A stretch of 64,000 nt of DNA from Eledone cirrhosa (taxonomy: Eukaryota): assembly GCA_964016885.1 (NCBI GenBank), contig OZ024765.1, positions 11,966,001 through 12,030,000 of the forward strand, read 5' to 3'. Below are positions 1 through 11,808 of this stretch, piece by piece. The position numbers and the translations under genes are program-made. Numbering within the stretch: position 1 is the stretch's first letter; every line of letters begins with the position of its first letter. Under the pieces are notes generated by a model. It had not been told where the DNA came from and ran no database searches. It saw only the letters and a program-made list of their open reading frames with translations.

Positions 1-100
1 GGTTAACTTTGCCTTTCATCCTTACGGGGTCGATAAAATAAAGTACCAGTGATACACTGGGTTATTGCTGGCCTTGGGCCAAAAGTAGAAACAATTATAT
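1..100 (+). mobile_element. 3' part of tRNA-derived SINE family A (body GGTTAACTTTGCCTTTCATCC...GGGGTCGATAAAATAAAGTACCAG)
   Basis: Same sequence recurs many times in the window; ends in CCAAAAGTAGAAACAATTAT tail. Confidence 0.85.
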
Positions 101-804
101 TATATAAGGAGATATCTTTATATAATATAATATAGTGTATATAATATGTCACATACAATATATCATATTATATAAGGATATATTATATACAATATATTAT
201 AGCATATAAGGATATATTATATACAATATGTTATATTATATGAAGATATATCGCATACAATGTGATATATTACAGCAAATAAAATAAACTATATTATAAA
301 AAGATATATCATATACAATATATTATATTAAATAAGGATACATCATATACAATATATTATATTATATAAGGACATATCATACACAATGTACTATATTATA
401 TAAAGATATATTATATACAATATATTATATCATAAACATAAGGTTTATAAATATAAGGTTATATTATATACAATATATTATACTATATGAAGATATATAC
501 AATATACTATATTATATCATAATACAATATATTGTATTATATAATGATATATTATATATAGTATATCATATACATTACATTATATTATATAATTATATAT
601 CATTATATATGTCATATTATATTATATATATAATATACAGTATATTATATTATATAATTATATATTATATACAGCATAATATATCGTATAAATTATATAA
701 TAAAATGTATATATCATATTATATACCGCATATTATATTATATACAGTATATTATATTATATAATGATATATTATATACAACATTGTTATATTTATTATA
801 TAAT

Positions 805-1032
805 GTCTCACTCCAGGGTCAGGCCTTGCAGTGGCGAGGGGGCTTGTGTCTTCCATAAATCCAGTTAGAGCCACCCAAGGTGGACTGGTCTCCCGGGGAG
901 ATTCCAGACCATCAGGGACATGTAGCACATCAGCTCGCCACCATGATGGCAATCCCATCACCCAACTATTCTGCAGAAGGCCAACAACCCACCCAGAAAA
1001 ACCAGCAACCTCTAACAAAACTGACTAGAGGA
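805..1032 (+). mobile_element. GC-rich fragment resembling an RTE-clade LINE 5' UTR
   Basis: GTGGCGAGGGGGCTTGTGT...CACCCAAGG...GGGGAGATTCCAGAC resembles, from memory, RTE/Expander 5' UTRs; no convincing protein. Confidence 0.35.
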
Positions 1033-1059
1033 AATTATATAATGATATATCATATACAA

Positions 1060-1385
1060 TCATCATCATCGTCATCATCGTTTTACATCAATGTCTCCAT
1101 GCTAGCATGGGTTAGACATGTTGTCCTGTTGTGAGCAATGCCAAGTCAGGTGACATGTCTTGCTCATACAGAACTGATTTTGGCTTGATTTCTACAGCTG
1201 GATGCCCTTCCTAACACCAACCTCATTTACAGTGAGTGCTGGGTGCTTTTCATCATGACACCTACACGACCACTTTACAGTGTGGGCTGGGTGGTTTTTT
1301 TATCATGACACCTACATGACCACTATACAGTGAGTACTGGGTGCTTTTGTGTCAAAACACTTACACGACCACTTTACAGTAAGTA
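1060..1385 (-). mobile_element. RTE-related short retroelement (GGTGTTAGGAAGGGCATCCAG module, AACCCATGCTAGC 3' end, (TGA)n tail)
   Basis: Related copies at 4035-4256, 9453-9700, 10350-10545, 20860-21180, 63220-63487. Confidence 0.75.
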
Positions 1386-2108
1386 CTGGGCACTTCTTAC
1401 CATAACACCTACATGACCCCTTTACAGTGTGGACTGGGTGCTTCTTATCATGACACCTATATGACCCCTTTACAGTGTGGACTGGGTGCTTCTTATCATG
1501 ACACCTACATGACCACTTTACAGTGTGGACTGGGTGCTTCTTATCATGACACCTACATGACCACTTTACAGTGTGGACTGGGTGCTTCTTATCATGACAC
1601 CTACATGACCCCTTTACAGTGTGGACTGGGTGCTTCTTATCATGACACCTACATGACCCTTTTACAGTGTGGACTGGGCACTTCTTACCATGACACCTAC
1701 ATGACCCCTTTACAGTGTGGACTGGGTGCTTCTTACCATGACACCTACATGACCCCTTTACAGTGTGGACTGGGTGCTTCTTATCATGACACCTACATGA
1801 CCCTTTTACAGTGTGGACTGGGCACTTCTTACCATGACACCTACATGACCCCTTTACAGTGTGGACTGGGTGCTTCTAACCATGACACCTACATGACCCC
1901 TTTACAGTGTGGACTGGGTGCTTCTTATCATGACACCTATATGACCCCTTTACAGTGTGGACTGGGTGCTTCTTATCATGACACCTACATGACTCCTTTA
2001 CAGTGTGGACTGGGTGCTTCTTATCATGACACCTACATGACCCCTTTACAGTGTGGACTGGGTGCTTCTTATCATGACACCTACATGACCCCTTTACAGT
2101 GTGGACTA
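1386..2108. repeat. 48-bp minisatellite (~15 copies) amplified from inside the adjacent retroelement
   Basis: Unit ACATGACCCCTTTACAGTGTGGACTGGGTGCTTCTTATCATGACACCT; explains the 16-aa periodic ORF 1413-2147. Confidence 0.95.
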
Positions 2109-2240
2109 ATGGCTAAAACCAGTAAATGGCCACTGTCTAATGGCTGAAAGCAGTAAAAGATAGTAGACTACATCTCCTCAAATCACTGCTCCAGCATGGT
2201 CACTGTCTAAGAGCTGAAACCAGTCAAAGAATAAAACAAT

Positions 2241-2700
2241 GATAGAATTTATAGACAAATAAATTTATGCCATCTTTTGGTGATCTTAGTAGGTGGTGCT
2301 CCAGCATGACCAGTCTAATGACTGAATACAACAAAGATAGAATTTATAGGCAAATAAATTTATGCCATCTTTTGGTGATCTTAGTAGGTGGTGCTCCAGC
2401 ATGACCAGTCTAATGACTGAATACAACAAAGATAGAATTTATAGGCAAATAAATTTATGCCATCTTTTGGTGATCTTAGTAGGTGGTACTCCAGCATGAC
2501 CACAGTCTAATGGCTGAAACCAGGCCGAGAATAAAACAATGATAGAATTTATAGACAAATAAATTTATGCCATCTTTTGGTGATCTTAGTAGGTGGTACT
2601 CCAGCATGACCACAGTCTAATGGCTGAAACCAGGCCGAGAATAAAACAATGATAGAATTTATAGACAAATAAATTTATGCCATCTTTTGGTGATCTTAAC
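2241..2700. repeat. 95-110 bp tandem repeat (~4.5 copies)
   Basis: GATAGAATTTATAG(A/G)CAAATAAATTTATGCCATC recurs at 2241, 2336, 2431, 2541, 2651. Confidence 0.9.
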
Positions 2701-2930
2701 AATGTGATTATATTTTTTCTACTTCATCATCATGTATAGCAATCTTTGATTTGTTGCCAGCCAGTCTCTGCAGAATATGTTTAAGTTCTTTTTTATATTC
2801 CACCCCCACCCCCCTCCTCCCGTAACCTGTTCTAAAATTGATCCTTCCTCATCGATCAATTTACGACACTACTAGATACTTTGTTTTGTTTGATTCACTG
2901 TTGCTGTAGTAGTTGTTATTACAATTATTA

Positions 2931-2973
<43 letters not shown>

Positions 2974-2974
2974 A

Positions 2975-3630
2975 TATGCTTTCCAGCATATAGTTACGGA
3001 TCTTTACATTCTGAGTTCAAATCCTGCCGAGGTTAACTTTGCCTTTCATCCTTATGGGGTCATCAATAAAATAAAGTACCAGTCACGCACTGGGATTGAT
3101 TTGATTGACTTTCCCCTCCCCCAAAATTGATGGCCTTGTGCCTATATAAGAAACATCATCATCATCACCGTTTTATGTCCGTTCTTCCAGACTAGCATGG
3201 GTTAAAAACCATTATTATTATTATTAGTGGCAGTATCGGTAGAGGGTCGGACGCCATGCTTTACAGCATAGAGTTACAGCTCTTTTCGGTCTGAGTTCAA
3301 ATCCCGCTGTGGTTAACTTTGCCTTTCGTCCTTACGGGGGTCAATAAAATAAAGTACCAGTAATACACTGGGATAATTGCTGGCCTTGTGCCAAAAGTAG
3401 AAACAATTATTATTATTATTCAGTATCGGTAGAGTGTCAGACACCATGCTTTGCAGCATAGAGTTACGGCCCGTTATGATCTAAGTTCAAATCCCTCCAA
3501 GGTTAACTTTACCTTTCATCCTTACGGGGTCGATAAAATAAAATACCAGTCATGCACTGGGGTCGACTTAATCGACTTTCCCTTTCTCCCCTAATTGTTG
3601 GCCTTATGCCTAAAGTAGAAACAATTATTA
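2975..3630 (+). mobile_element. Three head-to-tail copies of SINE family A separated by (ATT)n
   Basis: Repeated GAGTTCAAATCC (B-box) + TTTGCCTTTCATCC body + AGAAACAATTATTATT tail. Confidence 0.85.
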
Positions 3631-3649
3631 TCCTTATTCTGTTTAGATC

Positions 3650-3828
3650 TGTTGTTTCTTTATTGCCAGGTTCAGGCCTTGAACCTGGGTCAATAGAGGT
3701 TTTCAGTGTAGAGGGAGAACTTGTCTGAGAATGTGTGCTGTTTCTAGTAGCTCGATCTTCTGTAGCTCATATTTGCTGCTCTTGTTGGAAAGGATACTAA
3801 GGTGCAGGTCTGATGTTTTGAGTATTAA
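3650..3828 (-). mobile_element. 3' end of REL-type non-LTR retrotransposon (R4/Dong-like)
   Basis: Minus strand reads LILKTSDLHLSILSNKSSKYELQKIELLETAHILRQVLPLH*, matching the LQKxxLLGTAHILRKVL C-terminus typical of R4-clade elements. Confidence 0.6.
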
Positions 3829-3834
3829 TCCTTT

Positions 3835-4900
3835 TTACTGATCCTCTGATATTTCCTTTTAACTGATCCTCTGATATTTTGTTAACTGATTCTCCTGTAT
3901 TTTCTTTTAACTGATCCTCCTATATTTCCTTTTAACTGATCCTCATGTATTTTTTTTAACTGATCCTCCTAGATTTCCTTTTAACTGATCCTCCTGTATT
4001 TTCGTTTAACTTTTAAAGAAGGAAAAAAAAACAGTCCATGCTGTAATGTAGTCATGTAGCTAACACGGTAAAAAGTTCCCAGTCCACACTGTAAATGTGG
4101 TTGGTGTTAGGAAGGGCATCCAGCCGTAGAAAACCTGCCAGATAGTCCTATACGAGCGAGACATGGTCACCCACCCAATCTTACCTCAAATGGAACAATA
4201 ACCCATGCTAGTGTAGAAGATAGACATTAAATGATGATGATGACGATGATGATGATCCTCCTGTATTTCCTTTTACCTGATCCTCCTATATTTTCTTTTA
4301 ACTGATTCTCCTGTATTTTCTTTTAACTGATCCTCCTGTATTTTCTGTTAACTGATCTTCTGATATTTTCTTTTACCTGATTCTCCTGTATTTTCTTTTA
4401 ACTGATCCTCCTGTATTTTCTGTTAATTGATCTTCTGATATTTTCTTTTACCTGATCCTCCTATATTTTCTTTTACCTGATCCTCCTATATTTTCTTTTA
4501 ACTGATCCTCCTATATTTTCTTTTAACTGATTCTCCTATATTTTCTTTTAACTGATTCTCCTGTATTTTCTTTTAACTGATTCTCCTGTATTTTCTTTTA
4601 ACTGATTCTCCTGTATTTTCTTTTAACTGATCCTCCTGTATTTTCTTTTAACTGATCCTCCTGTATTTTCTGTTAACTGATCTTCTGATATTTTCTTTTA
4701 ACTGATCCTCCTATATTTTGTTAACTGATCTTCTGATATTTTCTTTTAACTGATCCTCCTGTATTTTCTGTTAACTGATCTTCTGATATTTTCTTTTAAC
4801 TGATCCTCCTATATTTTGTTAACTGATCCTCTGATATTTTCTTTTCACTGATCACCTGATATTTTCTGTTAATTGACGCTCCTATATTTTCTTTTAACCA
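3835..4900. repeat. 25-bp minisatellite interrupted by a retroelement at ~4035-4256
   Basis: Unit ACTGATCCTCCTGTATTTTCTTTTA; period 25 (4501, 4526, 4551). Confidence 0.9.
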
Positions 4901-5188
4901 AAGTTGTTAACACCTCCTCGTATATATAAAACACGAAACTGTTTGGAATAATCAATATAAAAGGTACCCAGTATGTAAATAAGAGTGAACTGTGGATGGG
5001 AGAGGATGTAATGTGTAGAAAATGATTGAGAATAACATTTTCTGAATGGTTTATATACTTGGTTCAGTGGACTTTATGGTGAGATTAATCTGACGGGAGG
5101 TTATTGACGGGAGGTCATTGACCTGAAGTTAAACAACAGCAATGTGTATAAACAACAATGATTCTATATTGATACTTCAATTCTACTC

Positions 5189-5197
5189 ATATATATA

Positions 5198-5239
<42 letters not shown>

Positions 5240-5313
5240 TATATAAATAAATATATATATATATCTGTGTGTGTGTATATATATATATATATAAATAAAT
5301 ATATATATATATC

Positions 5314-5347
<34 letters not shown>

Positions 5348-5441
5348 AATAAATATATATATATATCTGTGTGTGTATATATATATATATATAAATAAAT
5401 ATATATATATATCTGTGTGTGTATATATATATATCTGTGTA

Positions 5442-5486
<45 letters not shown>

Positions 5487-5515
5487 ATATATGTATATAT
5501 ATATATATCTGTGTA

Positions 5516-5552
<37 letters not shown>

Positions 5553-5643
5553 GTGTGTATATATATATATATATTTGTGTGTGTATATATATATATATAT
5601 CTGTGTGTATATATATATATATATATAGATATAGATATATATA

Positions 5644-5690
<47 letters not shown>
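5189..5690. repeat. (TA)n/(TG)n compound microsatellite
   Basis: Direct. Confidence 0.95.
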
Positions 5691-5692
<2 letters not shown>

Positions 5693-5880
5693 CAAATAGT
5701 TTATCACTCTACATGGCTGAATACAAAAAGAAGCTTTAATAAGAAGCTGTTTGTATAATTGCAAACAAATAGCAATATTTATTAGCAATATTCAAAAAGC
5801 TCAGATTACATTTATATATTTATGTATGTATGACTGAATTTTAACCATCAACATAGTCAAAGTATGTCAAGAATCAACTT

Positions 5881-5947
5881 ATTTTTTTCTGATGAGGACG
5901 TACTGTTGAAAATAGTTCAGTACCTTTGAAATATGTATAATAAAATA
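5881..5947 (+). ncRNA. Type I hammerhead ribozyme-like motif
   Basis: CTGATGA (5889) - GTACTG...CAGTAC stem II - GAAA (5928) - TATGTA - TA cleavage site - ATAAAATA; same helix III/3' context as the motif at 46008. Confidence 0.55.
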
Positions 5948-6006
5948 TACTTGATTGCATGAATGTCTATATTTGTTAATATTTTGAATTAATATATATA
6001 TATATT

Positions 6007-6324
6007 AACCTATCCTGGAAACGACATCCCACCTTGTCTAAAATCTATGGCAAACTCCCTCGAGCCTCTGCCCTTCTAAAATCCCGGAGAGCTCAATTTG
6101 CTGGCCACTGTCACCGTACCAGCAATGAAATCATATCCGCTCTCTTGCTCTGGAACCCTGACTCCAGCCTGACTAGGAGTAGGAAGCTGTCATTCCCTGA
6201 CGTTATCTCTAGGGATACGGGAATCAGTAGACAGGACCTGGGGGCAGTGATGGGGGACAGGGAATTCTGGGGCATGAGAGTGAGATCCATCATCTCGACA
6301 GTAGTCGACGAATGATGATGATGA

Positions 6325-6328
<4 letters not shown>
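6007..6328 (+). mobile_element. 5'-truncated RTE/RTE-X-like LINE 3' end with (TGA)n tail
   Basis: SWKRHPT...IYGKLP...LKSRRAQFAGHCHR...LLLW...DREFW C-terminal LINE ORF motif ending at 6315, then (TGA)n. Confidence 0.85.
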
Positions 6329-6389
<61 letters not shown>

Positions 6390-6607
6390 AATGAGTAGAA
6401 TATATATATATAGATAGTTAGAGAGAGAGAGAAAGAGAGAATACTAGACAGATAGGAAAGAAAACAGATGATAGGGATTTAGAGATTTACTGTTGCATAA
6501 TGATAACAGGAAGAAATATATACTGGAAACTCGGGATAAGTATGAAGTATGTTTCATGTAGTTTTGAAAGTATTGTGACAATATTATAAACAAATTTAAT
6601 GATTTAA

Positions 6608-7384
6608 ATATTTAGCATTTAAACTGGCTGTATCCAACCAAAATTCTCTCCCCTCTTTCTGTTGAAACCGGCCGTAACCAACCACTCGTACTGATGTTAA
6701 GGCATTGTTCTCAAAATAATTAATATCAAATTCTCTTAGATTCGATATTATGTGAGATAAAGCATTTACCATGAAAATATAATAGTATGTATAGAGTAAT
6801 GTAAATGCTAAAGGGTTAACCCTTTAACATTTAAACCAGCCATATCCGGTCAGAATTCTCTCACCTCTTTCTATTCAAACTGGCCATAACCGACCAGTCA
6901 TACTGGTGTTAAGGTATTGTTCTCAAAATAAATATGAAAATCTCCTAGATTCGACATTATGTGAGGTAAAGACTTTACCATGAAAATACAATAGTAAATA
7001 TAGAGTAATGTTAATGTTATGTGAGATATTATGTGAGGTAAAGACTTTACCATGAAAATACAATAGTATATATAGAGTAATGTTAATGCTATGTGAGATA
7101 TTATGTGAGGTAAAGCCTTTACCATGAAAATACAATAGTATATATAGAGTAATGTTAATGTTATGTGAGATATTATGTGAGGTAAAGACTTTACCATGAA
7201 AATACAATAGTAAATATAGAGTAATGTTAATGTTATGTGAGATATTATGTGAGGTAAAGCCTTTCCTGTGAAAATATAATAGTATATATAGAGTAATGTT
7301 AATGTTATGTGAGATATTATGTGAGGTAAAGCCTTTACCATGAAAATACAATAGTATATATAGAGTAATGTAAATGCTAAAGGG
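6608..7384 (+). mobile_element. Two abutting piggyBac-like MITEs (TTAA CCCTTT...AAAGGG TTAA); the second has ~6 copies of an internal 72-bp repeat
   Basis: Shared TTAA at 6816-6819, TTAA at 7385-7388, TIR CCCTTTA(A/G)CATTTA / TAAATGCTAAAGGG. Confidence 0.8.
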
Positions 7385-8004
7385 TTAAAAGCCCAAACAG
7401 TGTTTATGAAGAAATAAAATCTATTGTTTCATACAAAATTTTCAATCTTAAAAGACTTTTATCAGTGAATCGGTATAAGATTCTTTCCACACCAAAAAAT
7501 GTTTAGTGTTGGTTAATAATTGAACAAGCTAAAAAATGTCTGATGTGGAAAAGACTTTTGTACTGATTCACTGAAGAAAGTGTTTTAAGACTGAAAATCT
7601 TCAAAAACACAGTTTTTCTTTCTTCATTTGCATTGTTTAGGCTTTTAACTCATTTTAACATACTTAAAAATAAATGAATTTTTAGAAATAATTTAGTTAG
7701 CTACAAAGTTTAAAAGCTCAAAGCATGGAAGAATAAAGCCTTGTGAAGTAGTCTGAGCTTTTATATCATTTAAATATAAAAAATAAATATATTTTAAAAA
7801 GTATTGGTGTTAGTTAGAAAGATAAAAGCTCAAAGCATAATGGAATAAAGCTTTGTAAGGTCTTCATATTATCTTGGCTTTTAAGTCATTTCAATATACT
7901 CAGAAATAAATGTTTTGAAAAAGTAATCTTGTTAGTTAGAAAGCTTAAAGATCAATGCATAATGGAAAAAAGTCCAAGAAGGGCAGATAATTCAAGTGAA
8001 ATTA

Positions 8005-8560
8005 GTGAGGTCATGTGAGGTCAGTGAGATTATGTGAGTGGTCATGTGAGGTTGTGTAAGGTCATGTGAGGTCAGTGAGATTATGTGAGGTTATGTGAGG
8101 TCATGTAAGGTTTGTGAGATCATGTAAGGTTTGTGAAGTCAGTGAAGTTATGTGAGGTCATTTAAGGTTTGTGAGGTCATGTAAGGTTTGTGAGGTCATG
8201 TGAAGTCAGTGAAGTTATGTGAGGTCATTTAAGATTTGTGAGGTCATGTAAGGTTTGTGAGGTCATGTGAAGTCAGTGAAGTTATGTGAGGTCATGTAAG
8301 GTATGTGAGGTCATGTAAGGTATGTGAGGTCATGTAAGGTTTGTGAGGTCATGTGAAGTCAGTGAGGTTATGTGAGGTCATGTAAGGTATGTGAGGTCAG
8401 TAAGGTTAAGTGAAGTTATCTAAGGTTTATGAGGTTATGTGAGGTCAGTGTAGTCATGTGAGTATATGTAAGGTCTGTGAGGTCAAATGTGGTCATGTGA
8501 GGTCAAGTGAACATATTGAGGTCATGTGAGTTCAAATGAAGACATATGTGAGGTCACATA
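8005..8560. repeat. 10-bp degenerate minisatellite (GTGAGGTCAT)n
   Basis: Direct. Confidence 0.9.
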
Positions 8561-8939
8561 GGACCATGTGCTGCAAAAAAATCAAGTGAATATCTTCTGA
8601 AGGTCAAATGTGGTGAAGTGTTAGTCATTTATGCTAGCTCAGAGGTTCTCAAACATTTTGGCCCACCGCCCCCTGTCATGGCCATATAATACCCTTAGCA
8701 CCTCCCAACCCTACTTCCAGAGAGACCTGCCTAAACACAAATTGTAAATAATATATAATAAATAAAATCATTAATTTATATATAATAAATAATATGTATA
8801 AATAAATATTATATATTTCTTATTTTCTTATTCTTGTGACACTAAACTCCGCCAGTTGCAGACTGCACATCAACATGAAATATTTTTCTCCACAAAGTTC
8901 AATCACCAACAGCAGAGTTTATTAAAGAGCAAAGATCAA

Positions 8940-9300
8940 GTCCAATCCATAAGTTGACATTATCAAACCATCGTTTTGGCTGCAAGCCTCTGCTTCTCTT
9001 ACCAGCCAACCTTCTTTCCAGGCATAACCTACTCACACAACGAGTTGATCTTTTTTATATAACCATATAGTTTGAGTACTCTTGACTTGACAATTGATGT
9101 AATTGTCTAAGTTTGGTAATGTTGAGCAGCTCACTGATACAGATACAGTTGCTGAGCCACTTGCCATTCATAAGTCTCATGATGTGGTTCTGGAATGTAG
9201 GGAGCTTCTGAAGTGACCTTGTCATCCAATTAACACAGTCAAGACCATATAACACAACTGGTAGGATGTAAGATTCAAAGATCTTAGCCTTCAAGATCTT
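8940..9300 (-). mobile_element. Degenerate RTE-like LINE ORF 3' fragment
   Basis: KAKIFESYILPVVLYGLDCVNW...FQNHIMR, then (frameshifted) LEGRLAGKRSRGLQPKRW-type motif. Confidence 0.8.
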
Positions 9301-9452
9301 ACTCTTAGCACCCCCCCCCTAACCATATTTTCAGAGAGACCTGCTTACACACAAATTGTAATTAATATATAATAAATAAAATAACTAATTTATATATAAT
9401 AAATAATATAATATACTATGTATAAATAAATATTATATATTTTTTATTTTAC

Positions 9453-9958
9453 TATCATCATCATCGTTTAACGTCTATCTTCCATGCTTGCATGGGTTAG
9501 ACAGGAGTTGTCCCACTTAAGGCAAGGGTAGTCGGGTGACCGTGTCTCACTCATATAGGACTATCTGGCAGGTTTTCTACGGCTGGATGCCCTTCCTAAC
9601 ACCAACCACATTTTCAGTGTGGAACTGGGAATTTTTTACCGTGTTACCTACACGGCCACATTACAGCAGGGACTGTGTGTTTTTTTTGTTCTGACACCTA
9701 CACGATCTCGATCTCATTTTCTCATTTATTTGGACTGGATGTTGTGGTACCAACTTTACAGAGAAAGGGGTGGTGTTGGTGGGAGTGGGAGGATGGAGTA
9801 GGGGTAGTGGCTTGGGTGTATATTTGGTTAAGAGGTGCCTACTGACTGTAGGTTTCGTTTTGTACATAGGCAAGGCGGGTCTTCTGTATTACTGCATGGC
9901 GCCAAAGATCTCGGTCCAGTGACATTGTCTTAGAGAGGTGCAAGTGTGTAAGGTCGGA
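9453..9958 (-). mobile_element. RTE LINE 3' end with long 3' UTR and (TGA)n tail
   Basis: SDLTHLHLSKTMSLDRDLWRHAVIQKTRLA...* followed by the GGTGTTAGGAAGGGCATCCAG module and AACCCATGC...TTAAACGATGATGATG end. Confidence 0.7.
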
Positions 9959-10107
9959 ATATTTATATATAATATGTATTATTTGATAATTAATATACTA
10001 TTATATCATCTCTACCGCCCACTGGACTTTCTCAATGCCCACCGGGGTGGTGGTAACGCCCAGTTTGAGAACCTCTGTGCTAGCTAATAAGAAAATATCC
10101 AACTTAC

Positions 10108-10225
10108 CTGTGCAAAAGCCAAGTTGTCCTCAATGGCCGTAGTTGACATTTGGTTGATATTGATTGGAGGTCCTGTCTGTTCCGAGACCATCTTGTAATT
10201 GTCGACATTATGACGCCGCTCAAAC
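10108..10225 (-). CDS. Putative internal exon of an unidentified host gene (118 nt)
   Basis: Acceptor TTTCTTGTTGCTAACCAG|G and donor CAG|GTAAGT; unique, GC-richer sequence; two frames open (FERRHNVDNYKMVSEQTGPPININQMSTTAIEDNLAFAQ or LSGVIMSTITRWSRNRQDLQSISTKCQLRPLRTTWLLH). Confidence 0.65.
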
Positions 10226-10572
10226 CTGGTTAGCAACAAGAAATATAATGATGTGTGGAGGTGAGATTATCATAGAGGCAATATGTAAGAGAAGATGGAT
10301 AGACATACAGAAATACATAGAGGTATTCAGATATTTAGAAACAGACATAATCATCATCATCATCATCATTTCCATTTAGCATCAATACTTCCATGTTTGC
10401 ATGGGTTAAAAGGATTCTCCATGCTGAAAAGTAAGTCTGGCCATGGTTAGCCAAGTTTCATCTTGCTCCAGCGTGGACTATAAAATTGGCAGTGATTTAT
10501 ACAGCTCAATGCCCATCCTAATACCAACCACATTTACAGTGTAGGACATTATATATATATATATATATATAT

Positions 10573-10740
10573 ATATTAATTCAAAATATTAACAAAATAG
10601 ATATTCACAAGAATATCTATTTTGTTAATATTTTGAATTAATATTAATAACTCTGGAAAACCTTTTTCTGTTGAGTGCTTCCAATCTATTGTAAAACTCA
10701 TTCTTTGATGTATTCATTGAACTTGTTTAACTTTTAAATA
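10573..10740 (+). mobile_element. Hairpin element in (TA)n: 34-bp inverted arms (10573-10606/10611-10644) plus tail
   Basis: Perfect IR; arm TTGTTAATATTTTGAATTAAT also ends the hammerhead-bearing segment at ~5973-5993. Confidence 0.65.
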
Positions 10741-10812
10741 TATATATATATATATCAGAAAATGAGGTTTTTTTTAAAATGAAAAAAAATGAGATGTCCT
10801 ACACAAGTGAAA

Positions 10813-10880
10813 ATATAAGGAAAAGAAATCGAAAATGCAACTGAAGTCTTTTTAAGATTTTCGATTTCTTTTCCTTATAT
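10813..10880. repeat. 24-bp inverted repeat abutting (TA)n
   Basis: ATATAAGGAAAAGAAATCGAAAAT ... ATTTTCGATTTCTTTTCCTTATAT. Confidence 0.8.
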
Positions 10881-11061
10881 ATATATACACACACACTATA
10901 TATATAATTATTTATATATATATATAGGGTATGTATATATATATATATATAGTTCCTCGGAGCAATAACAACACACCCAGGAGCTGGAAATATTGATGTA
11001 TTGACGGAGTAAAACACACTTCAACAACATGTGTACCTGTCTTTTCCACACCAATTCGGAC

Positions 11062-11112
11062 TGCCTGAATAGGTCACAGCCAATGATGGCTGTCACCGAA
11101 ATATATATAGCA
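11062..11112 (+). ncRNA. Type I hammerhead ribozyme-like motif (one core substitution)
   Basis: TGC-CTGAATA-GGTCACAGCC/GGCTGTCACC stem II-GAAA-TATATA-TA-GCA; lies in an insert flanked by (TA)n. Confidence 0.55.
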
Positions 11113-11171
11113 ATAATTTTTAATTTATAATGAAGAAAGCCAAATTTTACATATTTGACTTAATTATTTTT

Positions 11172-11204
<33 letters not shown>

Positions 11205-11205
11205 G

Positions 11206-11808
11206 TCAGGTCACCAATTGGTGCTAATGGTAACATGTATCCTAGTACAACCTGACTCATGGTCGGGTCGTTGGTGACTAAACTGGCAACCCCACCAAGG
11301 TTTCTTGGTGAGGAGGGTGACTTTGGACATCCTGCAGGACTAAAAACAAAACCTGTCAAAGGGCAAAGGTGCTCTTAAGAGTCAATGGCCATCCAAAATC
11401 ACCGGGAGAGATGACCCCTTAGCCTTTGTCAAGGCAGAATTCTAGGAGAAGGAAAACTCTGATATAACACCTGCAACCTTGATGGTATCCAATGATGTTG
11501 ACTTGTTCTTCTTTTTGGTAAATATCATCTTGGTTAAGAGAGCGGGACTGGCTTTGTGCAGTGTCTTTGCTCACTATAAAAGCTTCACGGCACAGGCATT
11601 GCTTTATATCTGGAGATCTCTCTGCACTTGTCGTCACATGGTACCATGGGCCCAGCACTATGTGTCAATAATTGTCGCAAGTGTAGTGTTTGTACCAGAG
11701 TTTTCAAGTCGCTGGCTGGACTAAAAAGTCACACTCGTTCGGCGCATCAGTAGGGGTTCTCCTACATGGATATAAAGTGGTGGCCGTACTCGAAAACGAG
11801 TTGGCAGC
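11206..11808 (+). mobile_element. Bipartite non-autonomous RTE-derived element (5' UTR-like part + 3' end encoding C2H2 finger remnant)
   Basis: CTAGGAGAAGGAAAACTCTGA motif; 3' frame CSVCTRVFKSLAGLKSHTRSAHQ*; close inverted copy at 59361-59763, diverged relative at 59905-60178. Confidence 0.7.

Larger units (their letters stand above)
8640..10077. mobile_element. hAT (Charlie-like) non-autonomous element with nested LINE insertions
   Basis: Perfect 15-bp TIRs CAGAGGTTCTCAAAC / GTTTGAGAACCTCTG and perfect 8-bp TSD TGCTAGCT (8632-8639, 10078-10085). Confidence 0.9.

Noticed and set aside
1413-2147. 244-aa ORF with 16-aa repeat
   Set aside because: Translation of a 48-bp minisatellite derived from a retroelement
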